DNA of 64,000 nt from a bacterium. Its GTDB lineage: Bacteria > Zhuqueibacterota > Zhuqueibacteria > Residuimicrobiales > Krinioviventaceae. The DNA lies in NCBI GenBank assembly GCA_963693055.1, contig OY843751.1, positions 2,528,001 to 2,592,000 on the forward strand, written 5' to 3'. A model generated the notes under the pieces. The model was not told the origin of the DNA and searched no databases. It was given only the letters and a program-made list of their open reading frames with translations. Below, in pieces: positions 1 to 10,838 of the stretch. Position numbers and translations under genes: made by a program. Each line of letters starts with the position of its first letter. Positions within the stretch are counted from its first letter, which is position 1.

Positions 1-515
1 ATGTTCACCAGGCATATATAAAATAGGAATGACTGCAAGGTCCTGTATCAATTGTTCATAAGAAATATTGTTTTCCAATTTTTCAGTACCCGCATATGAT
101 GGTAATCCGGATGTTTGGCTAAGAAGATGAGCGATTGTCAATTTCTCAGTTGCCGCGGGATCAGATAGCTGCAAGTCTGGCAAATAATCTTTAACTTTAC
201 TGTCCCAATATATGAGCTCCTCATTCACAAGCAGTCCGGTTAATGTTGAAGTAAATCCTTTAGATAATGATGCGAGTCTAAATATTGTAGAATCGTTGAC
301 AGCTATTTGTGAATAACTATTTCTTACTCCAAAAGTCTCTTTATATAAGATTTTTTGATCTTGTATTATGGCGGCGGCAGCACCAGGGATCTTGTATTTT
401 AAAAGGTTTGATGTTAATAAAGAATCATATTGAATGACCTTGTTATAGATATTAAAAGGATTATCAAGGCATTGTCCATAACCATAAAATATTAAAAGAA
501 CAAGACTGATTCTGA

Positions 516-1955
516 GAGTTATATTCTAATGTTGTGGATGACTTGAAAAAATAAATAAAAAAGCGTATCCTATAGTTTTTAAGTATTTTTTTTCGACCAA
601 GAAAAAAGATAAAACCAAAAAGGACACGCTATGAAAAAAGGTAATACAACAAAGTCAGAACTGCAAGCAGAAACCACAACATTCAATAAAAGTTTGGATG
701 AAATTATTCGAAATGGAGCGCAACAAATATTGGCAGCAGCCATAGAAAACGAAGTTCAGGAATACCTTGATCGCTATAAAAATCACAGAGATGAACAAGG
801 TCACCGCCTGGCCGTACGCAATGGTTCCATGCCGGAGCGCACAATATTGTCCAGTTCAGGTCCAATAACGATCCGGCAGCCGCGAGTGGATGACAGGAAA
901 TTACGGCAGGAACATGGCGTAGAAGGCTTTACAAGTGAGATACTACCCAAATACCTGAGACGGACACCCAGCCTGAATAACCTGATACCTGCCCTTTATT
1001 TGAAGGGCATTTCGACACAGGACTTCCCGGCTGCATTGTCGGCTATACTTGGAGATAAAGTCAAAGGACTTTCAGCCAACACGGTTGTGCGCTTGAAAGA
1101 AGAATGGGAGTCAGAGTACAAGCAATGGGCCAGGCGTGATCTGTCCGGCAAACACTATGTATACATCTGGGCCGATGGTGTCTATTTCAATGTTCGATTG
1201 AAAGGCGTAAATCCTTGTATTTTAGTGATTATTGGAGCGGACGAATATGGGCGAAAAGAGCTTTTGGCGGTCAAAGAAGGCTTTCGAGAAAGCGAATTGA
1301 GCTGGAAAGAACTGCTGTTGGAGTTAAAGGACCAGGGACTTGAGATGGGACCGAAACTGGCAATCGCAGACGGTGCCCTCGGTTTTTGGAAAGCTTTGCC
1401 ACAAGTTTATCCCGAGTCTCGTGAACAGCGCTGCTGGGTCCACAAGACAGCCAACATATTGGATAAGCTACCGAAAAGTGCGCAGACAAATGCCAAATCG
1501 CTTATTCATGAAATGTATATGGCTGAGACCAAAGAAAATGCGTTAATCGCTTATCATAGATTTATCAAAATTTATGAAGACAAGTATCCCAAAGTTGTTA
1601 ATTGTCTGGTAAAAGATTATGATCAACTTTTTACTTTTTATGATTTCCCGGATTCACATTGGCAGCATATCCGGACCACGAATCCCATTGAATCTACCTT
1701 TGCTACAGTGAGACTCAGGACGCGGAGAACAAAGGGCTGCGGTTCAAGTCAGGCGACTTTGACTATGGTTTTTAAACTGGCTAAAGAAGCGGAAAAACGG
1801 TGGCGGCGTTTGAGAGGGTACAAGTGGATACCATTTGTGATTAAAGGAGAAAAATTTGTGAATGGTGAACCGGAAAATCAGGAATTGTTTAAGTTGGCAG
1901 CTTAACTTTTATGAAATGGATACGCTTTTTGATCCACAACTATTGACAATAACTC
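516..1955 (+). mobile_element. IS256-family insertion sequence
   Basis: Imperfect terminal IRs gagttatattctaatgttgtggat / atccacaactattgacaataactc; 9-bp TSD tgattctga at 507-515 and 1956-1964. Confidence 0.93.
631..1905 (+). CDS. IS256-family (Mutator-type) DDE transposase
   Basis: YIWADG, IADGALGFWKAL, QRCWVHK, IRTTNPIES motifs. Confidence 0.95.
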   Translation: MKKGNTTKSELQAETTTFNKSLDEIIRNGAQQILAAAIENEVQEYLDRYKNHRDEQGHRLAVRNGSMPERTILSSSGPITIRQPRVDDRKLRQEHGVEGFTSEILPKYLRRTPSLNNLIPALYLKGISTQDFPAALSAILGDKVKGLSANTVVRLKEEWESEYKQWARRDLSGKHYVYIWADGVYFNVRLKGVNPCILVIIGADEYGRKELLAVKEGFRESELSWKELLLELKDQGLEMGPKLAIADGALGFWKALPQVYPESREQRCWVHKTANILDKLPKSAQTNAKSLIHEMYMAETKENALIAYHRFIKIYEDKYPKVVNCLVKDYDQLFTFYDFPDSHWQHIRTTNPIESTFATVRLRTRRTKGCGSSQATLTMVFKLAKEAEKRWRRLRGYKWIPFVIKGEKFVNGEPENQELFKLAA

Positions 1956-2121
1956 TGATTCTGAGCATGAGTGATTGAATTTGTTTTTTCATAATCTTTC
2001 CATTGTTTAAATAGAATTTATAAAATTAATTTATAAAATTCATCATGAATTTACTTTTTATTCAAAGTGGCAATTTCCGAAAAGTCCTTGTTTTTTTGTC
2101 TTTTTTTTATTAAATATAATT

Positions 2122-3636
2122 TTGTTACGAATATGTTTTGGAGTGTTTTGGGTGATTGATCATAATCCCGGGATTACGATCTCTTTTATTATCTATTTAA
2201 TTTTCATGTTATCTATTGGTTGGTTTTTCTACAAACGTACCAGAAATTTATCTGATTATATTCTGGGAGGTAGAAACCTCAATTCATGGGTAACTTCTTT
2301 GAGTGCTCAGGCATCAGATATGAGTGGCTGGCTTTTACTTGGATTACCAGGATATGCTTATTTGTCCGGTATGGATTCTATTTGGATGACTGCGGGCCTT
2401 GCTTTGGGTACATATCTAAACTGGAAATTTGTTGCAGCCCGTTTAAGAAATTATACTCATATTTCTTCTGATTCTTTAACCTTACCGGTTTATTTTGAAA
2501 ATCGCTTTAAACCAAATTCACCTGTCATTAGAATTGTTTCAGCCATATTTATTTTGATATTTTTTCTTATTTATACTGCATCCGGATTTGTAGCAGGTGC
2601 AAAATTGTTCAATACTGTATTTGGTTTTAATTATGTTTCAGCATTGTCAATTGGTGTATTTGTGATTATTGCATATACCTTTTTAGGAGGTTTCTGGGCA
2701 GTAAGTTGGACTGATTTTTTTCAAGGTATGATCATGTTTTTTGCTATACTCATTGTACCTGTTTTGGCTTTTAAAAGCTCTGGTGGTTCAAGTCCTATAC
2801 AACAAGCATTACGCTCTATTCCAGGTTTTCTTGATCCATTTACGTCAGGAGAGAGTAAAAGAATTTCCTTTATTGCAATAATTTCATTAGCAGCATGGGG
2901 TTTGGGTTATTTTGGACAGCCTCATATCCTGGCAAGATTTATGGCAATAAGATCAGTAAAACAAATACCTCGGGCCCGAAGAATTGCAATGGGTTGGGTT
3001 TTGCTTTGTTTAACGGGTGCTATGTTTGTAGGCATAACCGGACGTGCATTAATTACTCCAATGCTGGATACCACTGCCTCAGAAACAGTTTTTATGGTAA
3101 TGGTACATGAATTGGTTCATTCCTGGTTTTCCGGTTTTTTACTGGCAGCTATACTTGCTGCAATTATGAGTACCGCAGACTCGCAATTACTGGTAGCTTC
3201 TTCAGCAGTTACCGAAGATTTGTATAAATTATTACTACATAGAAATGCAAGCGAAAAAGAACTTGTATGGACCAGCAGAGTAGCGGTTGTGCTAATTGCT
3301 GTTATTGCATATTTTATTGCTATGAATCCTGAATCAAATGTTTTAGAGCTTGTTTCTTATGCATGGGCCGGATTTGGAGCTACTTTTGGACCCATTATAT
3401 TATTTTCATTATTTTGGAAACGAATGACAAGTAACGGCGCTCTTGCCGGAATGATTGTTGGTGGTATAACTGTTTTAGTATGGAAACAGTTGTCTGGTGG
3501 TTTATTTGATTTATATGAACTAGTCCCCGGATTTATTTTTTCTGCAATAGCTATTGTTCTTGCCAGTTTAATAGATGACATGCCAGCATTGGACATTCAA
3601 AAAGAATTTGAATTAGCAAAATTACAAAACGATTAA
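2122..3636 (+). CDS. putP: Sodium/proline symporter (true start probably GTG ~2152)
   Basis: SDMSGWLLLGLPG, WGLGYFGQPHILARFMA, AAIMSTADSQLL motifs; many TM helices. Confidence 0.92.
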   Translation: MLRICFGVFWVIDHNPGITISFIIYLIFMLSIGWFFYKRTRNLSDYILGGRNLNSWVTSLSAQASDMSGWLLLGLPGYAYLSGMDSIWMTAGLALGTYLNWKFVAARLRNYTHISSDSLTLPVYFENRFKPNSPVIRIVSAIFILIFFLIYTASGFVAGAKLFNTVFGFNYVSALSIGVFVIIAYTFLGGFWAVSWTDFFQGMIMFFAILIVPVLAFKSSGGSSPIQQALRSIPGFLDPFTSGESKRISFIAIISLAAWGLGYFGQPHILARFMAIRSVKQIPRARRIAMGWVLLCLTGAMFVGITGRALITPMLDTTASETVFMVMVHELVHSWFSGFLLAAILAAIMSTADSQLLVASSAVTEDLYKLLLHRNASEKELVWTSRVAVVLIAVIAYFIAMNPESNVLELVSYAWAGFGATFGPIILFSLFWKRMTSNGALAGMIVGGITVLVWKQLSGGLFDLYELVPGFIFSAIAIVLASLIDDMPALDIQKEFELAKLQND

Positions 3637-3648
3637 CGATAAATAGGG

Positions 3649-4146
3649 TTGGAGGTTTGTGTGGAAGAGATTATCCGAAATTTGGCTCGGATACGTGACA
3701 ACAATATTTATTTTTCTCTTGAAGGTGAAATCATATCCGGTAGTAAACATGATTTTGCTTTATTTGATAAATATTCAAAGCTGGAAAATTTTCTCAAAGA
3801 AAACGAAAAAATATTGTCAAGTAATAATCTTGATTTTTCTGATAAATGTTATGCTACAATCAATGTTAATATTTTACCAAAGTATGTCAAGCTAACAGAG
3901 CCATCAGTAACTATTTTGATTTCTAATGTTAATTCAAGTTCTCAAAAACCTGTTACGTTTTCAAAATGTCGTTTGAATTTTGATGGTTTTAATTTTTATG
4001 GAATTTTGTTTTTTCCCCACATGGACGAAAACAAATCTTCAACAGTTGAAATAATTGCACCCTTTATACCTGGTTTAAAAACAGGGGATAGGATTCAAAT
4101 TGATGTGAATTCTAAAGAATTTCAGATTCTGGAAAATGGGAATTAG
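3649..4146 (+). CDS. Hypothetical protein
   Basis: 165-aa ORF directly after putP with GGAGG near the start; no motif recognised. Confidence 0.55.
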   Translation: MEVCVEEIIRNLARIRDNNIYFSLEGEIISGSKHDFALFDKYSKLENFLKENEKILSSNNLDFSDKCYATINVNILPKYVKLTEPSVTILISNVNSSSQKPVTFSKCRLNFDGFNFYGILFFPHMDENKSSTVEIIAPFIPGLKTGDRIQIDVNSKEFQILENGN

Positions 4147-4191
4147 ATTCATGGGGTACATTTGAAACAGGACTGTTTGGAGAATTTATTT

Positions 4192-4219
4192 AAAGCCGGA
4201 GTGAATTCACTCCGGCTTT
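4192..4219. terminator. Bidirectional intrinsic terminator
   Basis: aaagccggagtgaattcactccggcttt perfect inverted repeat between convergent genes. Confidence 0.75.
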
Positions 4220-4224
4220 TACGT

Positions 4225-4782
4225 TTAATTTACTTTATTAATAGAACACCCAAATGCTTTGGTTGTTGCTGTTGGTACCTGTTTACCGGTAATAATTGCC
4301 AATAAAACATCCTCGAGATCATGTGAGGTAATGTTGTCAGGATTTTTAGAATCATCAATTCTGCCATGATAAAGCAGTTCTCGTTTTGAATTTAATACAA
4401 AAACTTCGGGCGTAACTGTCGCTCCCAATCTGTCAGCAATTAAATTGTTTCTATCAATGAGTACAGGAAACATGAAATCTTTTTCGACAGCGTGTTGCTT
4501 GATTTGTTTGGTTGTTTCTGTTCTATTGGAATTTATACCAATAAAAGCCACTCCCTTGCTATGAAAAGATGTATAAAGCTTGTTCATTCTATCATTGTAA
4601 GCATTAGAAACCGGGCATTGACTCGAGATAAACAACAGCACAATCGCTTCATTATCATTATAATTACTCAGCTTGTAAGATGTTCCATTAAAATCTTCCA
4701 GCGTAAAATCCTCTATTGTTTCACCAGCAAATAAAAATCCATATAATATTGATATAAAAAATAGAAATAAAATTCTCTTCAT
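4225..4782 (-). CDS. Secreted AhpC/TSA (redoxin, thioredoxin-fold) protein
   Basis: Signal peptide; DFTLEDFNG, CPVS, TPEVFV, YHGRIDD, AFGCSI. Confidence 0.88.
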   Translation of the reverse strand: MKRILFLFFISILYGFLFAGETIEDFTLEDFNGTSYKLSNYNDNEAIVLLFISSQCPVSNAYNDRMNKLYTSFHSKGVAFIGINSNRTETTKQIKQHAVEKDFMFPVLIDRNNLIADRLGATVTPEVFVLNSKRELLYHGRIDDSKNPDNITSHDLEDVLLAIITGKQVPTATTKAFGCSINKVN

Positions 4783-4946
4783 TTACTGCCTCCGTATATT
4801 TTTATTAATATACAATAGAACAACTACGATTTTGCTTTTATTTCTCTCCACAATTCATTTATTTACACTATGTTTTAGATAGTAATTAGACATAATTGCT
4901 TAAAATTTAGACAATATTACCAGTATGATAAATTTTTATTTTGTAT

Positions 4947-6278
4947 CACTACTGTCCCAATATTAGTTGAATAAATTCAATTGGTTATCATTTTGTAAGC
5001 CATGAGTAAGATTATCATTGTTGCTAAGTAACTGTAAAATAGGAGTTCTTTGAAACATATTAACGCTTAATATTTGCAAAAAAGTGTAGAGCGGAATCGC
5101 AATATTCAAACGTTTCTTTATTATCGCTATAAGCACGTATATACATATTGCAATCCATATTTGCGATTTAACGGCATTGACTGAAGTGCCATAAAAGGAC
5201 TTAATTTTTAGGTTTTGTTTTATCCATTTAAAAAACAATTCAATTTGCCAGCGGCATCTATATAGTTCAGGAATAGTTAATGCCGGCAAGTTAAAAATAT
5301 TTGTCAACAAAACGAGCGTTCGTTTTTGATCAGTTATGTATATTTTAACGCGTCTGAGTCTTTCAGGATAATCTCGTGATGCATAGTAATTCACTAAAGA
5401 AACTGTTTGATCACATCGAAGACCTGTACTTTTATTAACCGGATGTGAATAGACCCTTTTAGCTTTAAGGTTCGACTTTGCCGGAATGACAAAAAAGGCT
5501 CCAGCTTGATGGAATCTATACAGACGCTCAAAATCTATGTAACCCTTGTCTAGCAAATATATGGCGCCAGGCTCAGGAATCAACATATCAAGAATGTTAA
5601 CATCGTGGATTTTCCCTTCAGTTATCTCTATAAAAGTTGGTATGTTACCACGAAGGTCCATTTGAGTATGCACTTTTATAGCACCTTTTGATTTTCTAAA
5701 TCTGGCCCATGGAAATAAAGAAAGGCACAAGTCAATTGTTGTTGAATCTAATGCGTAAACCATTTCTTTTAATTCAAGGCCGAATTTTTCATCACGATAT
5801 AACTTGCGGGCCTGATTAATAAGTATTTGAGCAAATTCAGCATAGATGCGCCAGTCTCGATGTTCATTTGCATTAGCCAAAGTATTTCGAGCAACTATGC
5901 TGCGAAAACCCATGTGGTAAAGTAGTTTTCGTTGTGATCTTAAACAAGCTTCTATATCTCTCAAACTATCTCGGAAAGTGAGTTGGGCAAAAGCCATGCA
6001 ATAAAATTGATCAAGACACGAGAAGGATTTAACTTTATACTCTCCTCTGTATTTGTGGACGCAACGATGGAATGCCTTTAAAGGCAGGAATTCCATTATT
6101 TGAGAAAAAACAGTTTTCCCTTCGTGCATTTCGCCATTCCTCCGCCATTGTTTTGTTGTGATAGAATGGTGAAATGTAATAATTTAATTCAAATCGTTCC
6201 CGTTAAAAATGATAGCGTAAAGATATAATTAACAATTAAATACAATCACTACTTTCCCCTAACGTTGGGACAGTAGTG
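4947..6278 (-). mobile_element. IS4-family insertion sequence
   Basis: IRs cactactgtcccaa / ttgggacagtagtg; 9-bp TSD attttgtat at 4938-4946 and 6279-6287. Confidence 0.93.
4963..6129 (-). CDS. IS4-family transposase (DUF4372 + DDE)
   Basis: DSTTIDL, DKGYIDF, YRCRWQIELFFKWIKQ (YREK) motifs. Confidence 0.95.
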   Translation of the reverse strand: MHEGKTVFSQIMEFLPLKAFHRCVHKYRGEYKVKSFSCLDQFYCMAFAQLTFRDSLRDIEACLRSQRKLLYHMGFRSIVARNTLANANEHRDWRIYAEFAQILINQARKLYRDEKFGLELKEMVYALDSTTIDLCLSLFPWARFRKSKGAIKVHTQMDLRGNIPTFIEITEGKIHDVNILDMLIPEPGAIYLLDKGYIDFERLYRFHQAGAFFVIPAKSNLKAKRVYSHPVNKSTGLRCDQTVSLVNYYASRDYPERLRRVKIYITDQKRTLVLLTNIFNLPALTIPELYRCRWQIELFFKWIKQNLKIKSFYGTSVNAVKSQIWIAICIYVLIAIIKKRLNIAIPLYTFLQILSVNMFQRTPILQLLSNNDNLTHGLQNDNQLNLFN

Positions 6279-6360
6279 ATTTTGTATAATTTATCTACTG
6301 CTTTGTGTCAGAATTAACTTTTAATCCCCAATTGCTGTTAATTCCAAAAGGAGGAAAATC

Positions 6361-7614
6361 ATGTCATCACAAGAATATCCCATTTTTATCCAAACCGCAT
6401 TTCCTGAACAACCAGATTTAGATAATTGGCAGCAAATTACCAAAGACGAAGCAGATTTAGTTTATAAAATGACAATTGAAAATGAATTGTCTGGTGGAAC
6501 ACCTGTCGTTCGCCAGTTTGAAAAAGACTGGCGAGAATGGTGCAATCTTGAATATTCTATTACGACTTTAAATGGCAGCTCTGCCTTATATAGTGCTTTC
6601 TTTGGACTCGGTGTTGGTCCTGGGGATGAAGTGATTTGTCCAACATATACCTGGATTTGTACGATTGCACCTGCATTGTTTCTGGGAGCAAGACCCGTAT
6701 TTGTTGAAAGTGATCCGGAAACTTTGCAGATAGATCCTAAAGACATTAGAAAAAAAATTACTCCCAAGACCAAAGCTATCGTTGTTGTGCATTTGTGGGG
6801 CAATGTTTGCGATATGGATGCTATTATGCAAATCAGTAAAGACACCGGAGTCAAAGTTCTTGAAGATTGTTCTCATGCTCATGGAGCTAAATATAATGGT
6901 TCGATTGTAGGTTCAATTGGACATGTAGGTGCCTGGAGTTTACAGGGTAGTAAACCGGTAAGTGCGGGTGAAGGAGGCATAATGGCCACAAATGATCCCG
7001 AGATTTTTGAGCGTGCCTGCCTTGCCGGCCAGGTAAACCGTATTGGTGGTATTGATCTTGTATCCCAAAAATATTCTGATCTGCAGCCTTTAGGACTGGG
7101 AATGAAGTTCAGAGCACATCCATTGGGAATTGGTATTGCAAGTGTACAATTTAAAAAATTATCTACATTGAACGCTAACCGAAAAATATATGTAGAAACT
7201 GTTGAAGAACAATTAAAAGGCATTCCCGGTTTCAAACCACTCAGAGTGTACCCCAAAGCAGAACGTGGTGGGTATTATGCTTTTCCAATTATTCATGAAC
7301 CTGAATTTCACAATAATATTGATACATTGAAAATGATAGAATTGATTCAAAATGAAGGACTGTCGGCATCTAAGAGCCCTTATAGTCTGTTACACCGGCT
7401 GCTTGTTTTTGGCAAAGGTTTTGATATTTTTACTGAAAATAGAGGCCCGCTTTGTGGTGACTATCCAGGTTATAACGAAGGAGATTTTCCTGTATCTGAA
7501 AAAATGTACAAAAATTTAATATTTTTACCAATTCTTTCAAATCCTGTAAAAGGCGCAGCAGACAGGGTTGTTGATATGTTACAAAAAGCTGCGAACAAGG
7601 CAATAAACTCGTAA
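6361..7614 (+). CDS. DegT/DnrJ/EryC1/StrS PLP-dependent aminotransferase
   Basis: NGSSAL, GDEVI, VVHLWG, EDCSHAHG, SLQGSKPVSAGEGG. Confidence 0.92.
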   Translation: MSSQEYPIFIQTAFPEQPDLDNWQQITKDEADLVYKMTIENELSGGTPVVRQFEKDWREWCNLEYSITTLNGSSALYSAFFGLGVGPGDEVICPTYTWICTIAPALFLGARPVFVESDPETLQIDPKDIRKKITPKTKAIVVVHLWGNVCDMDAIMQISKDTGVKVLEDCSHAHGAKYNGSIVGSIGHVGAWSLQGSKPVSAGEGGIMATNDPEIFERACLAGQVNRIGGIDLVSQKYSDLQPLGLGMKFRAHPLGIGIASVQFKKLSTLNANRKIYVETVEEQLKGIPGFKPLRVYPKAERGGYYAFPIIHEPEFHNNIDTLKMIELIQNEGLSASKSPYSLLHRLLVFGKGFDIFTENRGPLCGDYPGYNEGDFPVSEKMYKNLIFLPILSNPVKGAADRVVDMLQKAANKAINS

Positions 7615-7670
7615 TTTTTTCTAACCTGAATTGACGTTGTCTAACATTTAAAGGAATGTGAGAGCGACAC

Positions 7671-10600
7671 ATGAAAAGAATGAATGGTTATATTATTATT
7701 TTGCTTATTTTTTTTAATGTTGGCTATTGTATTGTACCAGAAAATTTGGAATCTATAAATATTCAATCTTTAAATGGAATATGGAAGTTTAAATTATTTG
7801 CACATAAAGATAGTATTGATTCAGGCTACCAAAACGTTGACTTTGATGATAGGTATTGGGATGATATAGCCGTCCCCGGAAATTGGGATGTTCAGGGTTT
7901 TGAAGAACCTCAATATGGAACACCGGAAGTAAATGCAAATGGAGTTTATCGCAAGTTTTTTCATCTTCCTCAGGCCTGGGCTGAAAAACATATTATACTT
8001 TATACGGAAGCGGTTTCTTTTGGATACGAGTTGTGGATTAATGGCCATCGTGTTGGCAGCTTTATTAGTTCATTTCAAAGGGCAGAGTTTGACCTGACAG
8101 AGCATATTCGTTTTGAGAGTGAGAATTGTATTGTTATTCGTGTTTATCGAGATCATTACCAAATGCGCTTTGATACAACTGACGACTGGGCCTTTAATGG
8201 AATTTTTAGACATGTTTATTTATATGCTGCTCCATATGCTCACATTGAAGATTTGACAATAAAAACAGAAATTGTCAAAGATTATTCATCAGCAAAGATA
8301 CTCGGGCAAGTTGATGTAAATCATTTTGGTTATGATTCTATTAATGTTAAAGATTTAAATATTGAATTGATTTTATCAAAAGAAAACAGTGTTATTTTTA
8401 AAGAATTATTACCTGTGAATTGGGTAAATGCTAAATATCTACCCTCTAGTCTTTATTTTTCAATACCTGTCGAGTCTCCTGCTTTATGGACAGCCGAAAC
8501 GCCAAATCTCTATGATCTTGAAATTATTCTCAAAAATATTAGTTCTCAACTGCAGACCTTGAAACATAAAGTAGGTATCAGAGAAATTTCAATTGATGGA
8601 TGTGTTTTTAAAATCAATGATGAACCTGTCAAATTACGTGGAGTGTGCTGGCTGGAGGGGCACCCTTTAACAGGACGGGCAATGACCAAGGAATTATGGC
8701 TTCAGGATCTGCAGTTGATGAAAAATGCAAATATTAATGCGATTCGTATGACCCATTGGCCGCCTCCACCTGAATTATTGGACTTTTGTGATCAAATGGG
8801 ATTTTATGTGCTTGATGAAGTACCATTTGATTTTGGTGATGAAAAGTTGAACGATCCCCATTGTTTAGGTGCTTTGCTTGAAAGAGCACAGCGCACAATT
8901 GATCGGGATAAAAATCATCCATCTATAATCATATGGTGTGTTGGAAATGAACACCCATCTACCCGTTATACAACCAAAGTTTCTCAATTTGTAAAAATGC
9001 TTGATGATACACGTCCTATCTTGTTTCCGCATAACAATTGGACAGATGATCCGATGATTTCGGGTATACCTGATTTTATCGATTTTTATGCTCCGCATTA
9101 TAAAGATCCTGATGTCATGATGGGGTATATTAATGAACAATCCTTGCAAAAACCTGTACTTTTTACAGAGTATAACCATTCTCTTGATGTTTCTTTTGGG
9201 GGGCTAGCAGAAAAATGGGAATTGATGGAAAAGTATGAAAAATTTGCTGGTGGAATGATTTGGGTATGGGCTGATCAGGGAATTTATAGAAAAGTCAATG
9301 GAAGAAATGTCATTGACTCGTATAAAGATGTGAATACGATGGCTTTCCATTCAAATGATATTTCCGGAGATATTTGGATTGATGATAACACATTATTGGA
9401 CAGTCATGGGCAATATGGCACTGATGGAATTGTTTATGCTGACCGTAAACTGCAAACGGATTACTGGCAAACACGAAAAGTCTATTCACCTGTCAAAATT
9501 TTGGAATCTGAAAAGATAATAGAAAATGGAATTCAAAATATATCCTTAACTTGTATAAATCGGTATGATTTTATTAACCTTAAAGAGATTTCCTTTGATT
9601 GGAAATTGTTGATTAATAATAAAGTAAAATCATCAGGTTCTGCTCTGATGAATATTGCGCCTCATGATACCGGTATTGTTAATATTCCATTATTATTTGA
9701 AAGTATTGATAATAATGATGAAATGTTATTAGAATGTACTGTAACGGATTATAATGATCGCCAAATATATGAACACTCTGTCCGATTATTACCAGAGCCC
9801 ATAAATCCCAATTATATTCAAAGATTAAATATTGCCAAACAAATTCAACAATCAAATGATATTACAAAGCAAATAGAGTTTCCTGAAAAGATCAATATTA
9901 ATGATCATTTTTTTGTTTCATTCAAAGAAGATCTTTTAATCCTTAAAAAAGATGATGAAATTATTTTTTCCGGTCCTTTTTTAAGAGTTGGGAGGAATAT
10001 TACTCTTGCAGAAAGACGCAAGTTTGAAAATACATTATGGGAACCGGAAATATTGGAGAAATCTAGATTAATCAATAAAAAATGTCTATATGATAATGAT
10101 ATTTATAAGCTTTACTTAAATTATGAGTTTACCCGCCCTAACACGAATGAAAAATTGAATCTTGAACTTTTAGTTAATGTCTTACCTGAAGGATTAATTC
10201 GATTTAATTATTCAATTACCCCTCATCAATGTACTGGTTTTGCTCTTGAACTTGGTTTGGCATTACAAATACCCACAAAATATTCAAATGTTTCATGGCT
10301 GGGAGATGGCCCGTACCCATCATATCCTGAAAAATCTGAATTGTCTGAACGAGGGTTCTTTACTAAAACACCAAAAAGCTTATATTTTAATGGAAACCAT
10401 ATGAATGTTGATTTGACCTTGTTTCATGATTCAAAAGATGTTGGCTTTGCTATGTTTTTTAATCAGGCAAATGCAAGGTGGGACCTAAAAGACTATCTGT
10501 ACTTTACCCATAATCTATTGGTTGCTGGTTATGGTACTAAATTTTACAAATCAAAAGTTACTATAGACATGTCTAAATTGTCTGCTGCCTCCGGAGATTT

Positions 10601-10673
10601 TTTATTATCTGTTTTTGACAAAGATAATTATCCCCAAATTTTACAAAAATATTTTTCAGATACTGAATTTTAA
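7671..10673 (+). CDS. Secreted glycoside hydrolase family 2 (beta-galactosidase-like)
   Basis: SLNGIWKF, NINAIRMTHWP, RDKNHPSIIIWCVGNE, TEYNH, GGMIWVWADQG. Confidence 0.92.
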   Translation: MKRMNGYIIILLIFFNVGYCIVPENLESINIQSLNGIWKFKLFAHKDSIDSGYQNVDFDDRYWDDIAVPGNWDVQGFEEPQYGTPEVNANGVYRKFFHLPQAWAEKHIILYTEAVSFGYELWINGHRVGSFISSFQRAEFDLTEHIRFESENCIVIRVYRDHYQMRFDTTDDWAFNGIFRHVYLYAAPYAHIEDLTIKTEIVKDYSSAKILGQVDVNHFGYDSINVKDLNIELILSKENSVIFKELLPVNWVNAKYLPSSLYFSIPVESPALWTAETPNLYDLEIILKNISSQLQTLKHKVGIREISIDGCVFKINDEPVKLRGVCWLEGHPLTGRAMTKELWLQDLQLMKNANINAIRMTHWPPPPELLDFCDQMGFYVLDEVPFDFGDEKLNDPHCLGALLERAQRTIDRDKNHPSIIIWCVGNEHPSTRYTTKVSQFVKMLDDTRPILFPHNNWTDDPMISGIPDFIDFYAPHYKDPDVMMGYINEQSLQKPVLFTEYNHSLDVSFGGLAEKWELMEKYEKFAGGMIWVWADQGIYRKVNGRNVIDSYKDVNTMAFHSNDISGDIWIDDNTLLDSHGQYGTDGIVYADRKLQTDYWQTRKVYSPVKILESEKIIENGIQNISLTCINRYDFINLKEISFDWKLLINNKVKSSGSALMNIAPHDTGIVNIPLLFESIDNNDEMLLECTVTDYNDRQIYEHSVRLLPEPINPNYIQRLNIAKQIQQSNDITKQIEFPEKININDHFFVSFKEDLLILKKDDEIIFSGPFLRVGRNITLAERRKFENTLWEPEILEKSRLINKKCLYDNDIYKLYLNYEFTRPNTNEKLNLELLVNVLPEGLIRFNYSITPHQCTGFALELGLALQIPTKYSNVSWLGDGPYPSYPEKSELSERGFFTKTPKSLYFNGNHMNVDLTLFHDSKDVGFAMFFNQANARWDLKDYLYFTHNLLVAGYGTKFYKSKVTIDMSKLSAASGDFLLSVFDKDNYPQILQKYFSDTEF

Positions 10674-10726
10674 TTTTCTAGAAATGTAGTAAAACTCCTC
10701 CCAAATTAATACCCTTAATTCACAAA

Positions 10727-10761
10727 GAATATCCGGGTTTCAGGAATGAGCCCGGATATTC
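10727..10761 (+). terminator. Putative hairpin terminator
   Basis: gaatatccggg...cccggatattc inverted repeat after GH2. Confidence 0.5.
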
Positions 10762-10838
10762 AATTGTCTAATCTTAAACTAAATTTAATCTTTCTAAATA
10801 TCATTGAAAAAGTGTTGTATTTTTAGGAGGATTATTTT

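Larger units (their letters stand above)
1..1992 (-). pseudogene. Serine hydrolase (beta-lactamase/PBP-like family), split in its signal peptide by IS256; 3' end runs off the window
   Basis: Removing the IS and one TSD restores MKKQIQSLMLRISLVLLIF...KIPGAAAAII...FRLASLSKGF (SxxK)...LTIAHLLSQTSGL; ATG at 1992. Confidence 0.85.

Noticed and set aside
1-515. Beta-lactam resistance gene
   Set aside because: The SxxK family includes many esterases and peptidases; the gene is interrupted and partial
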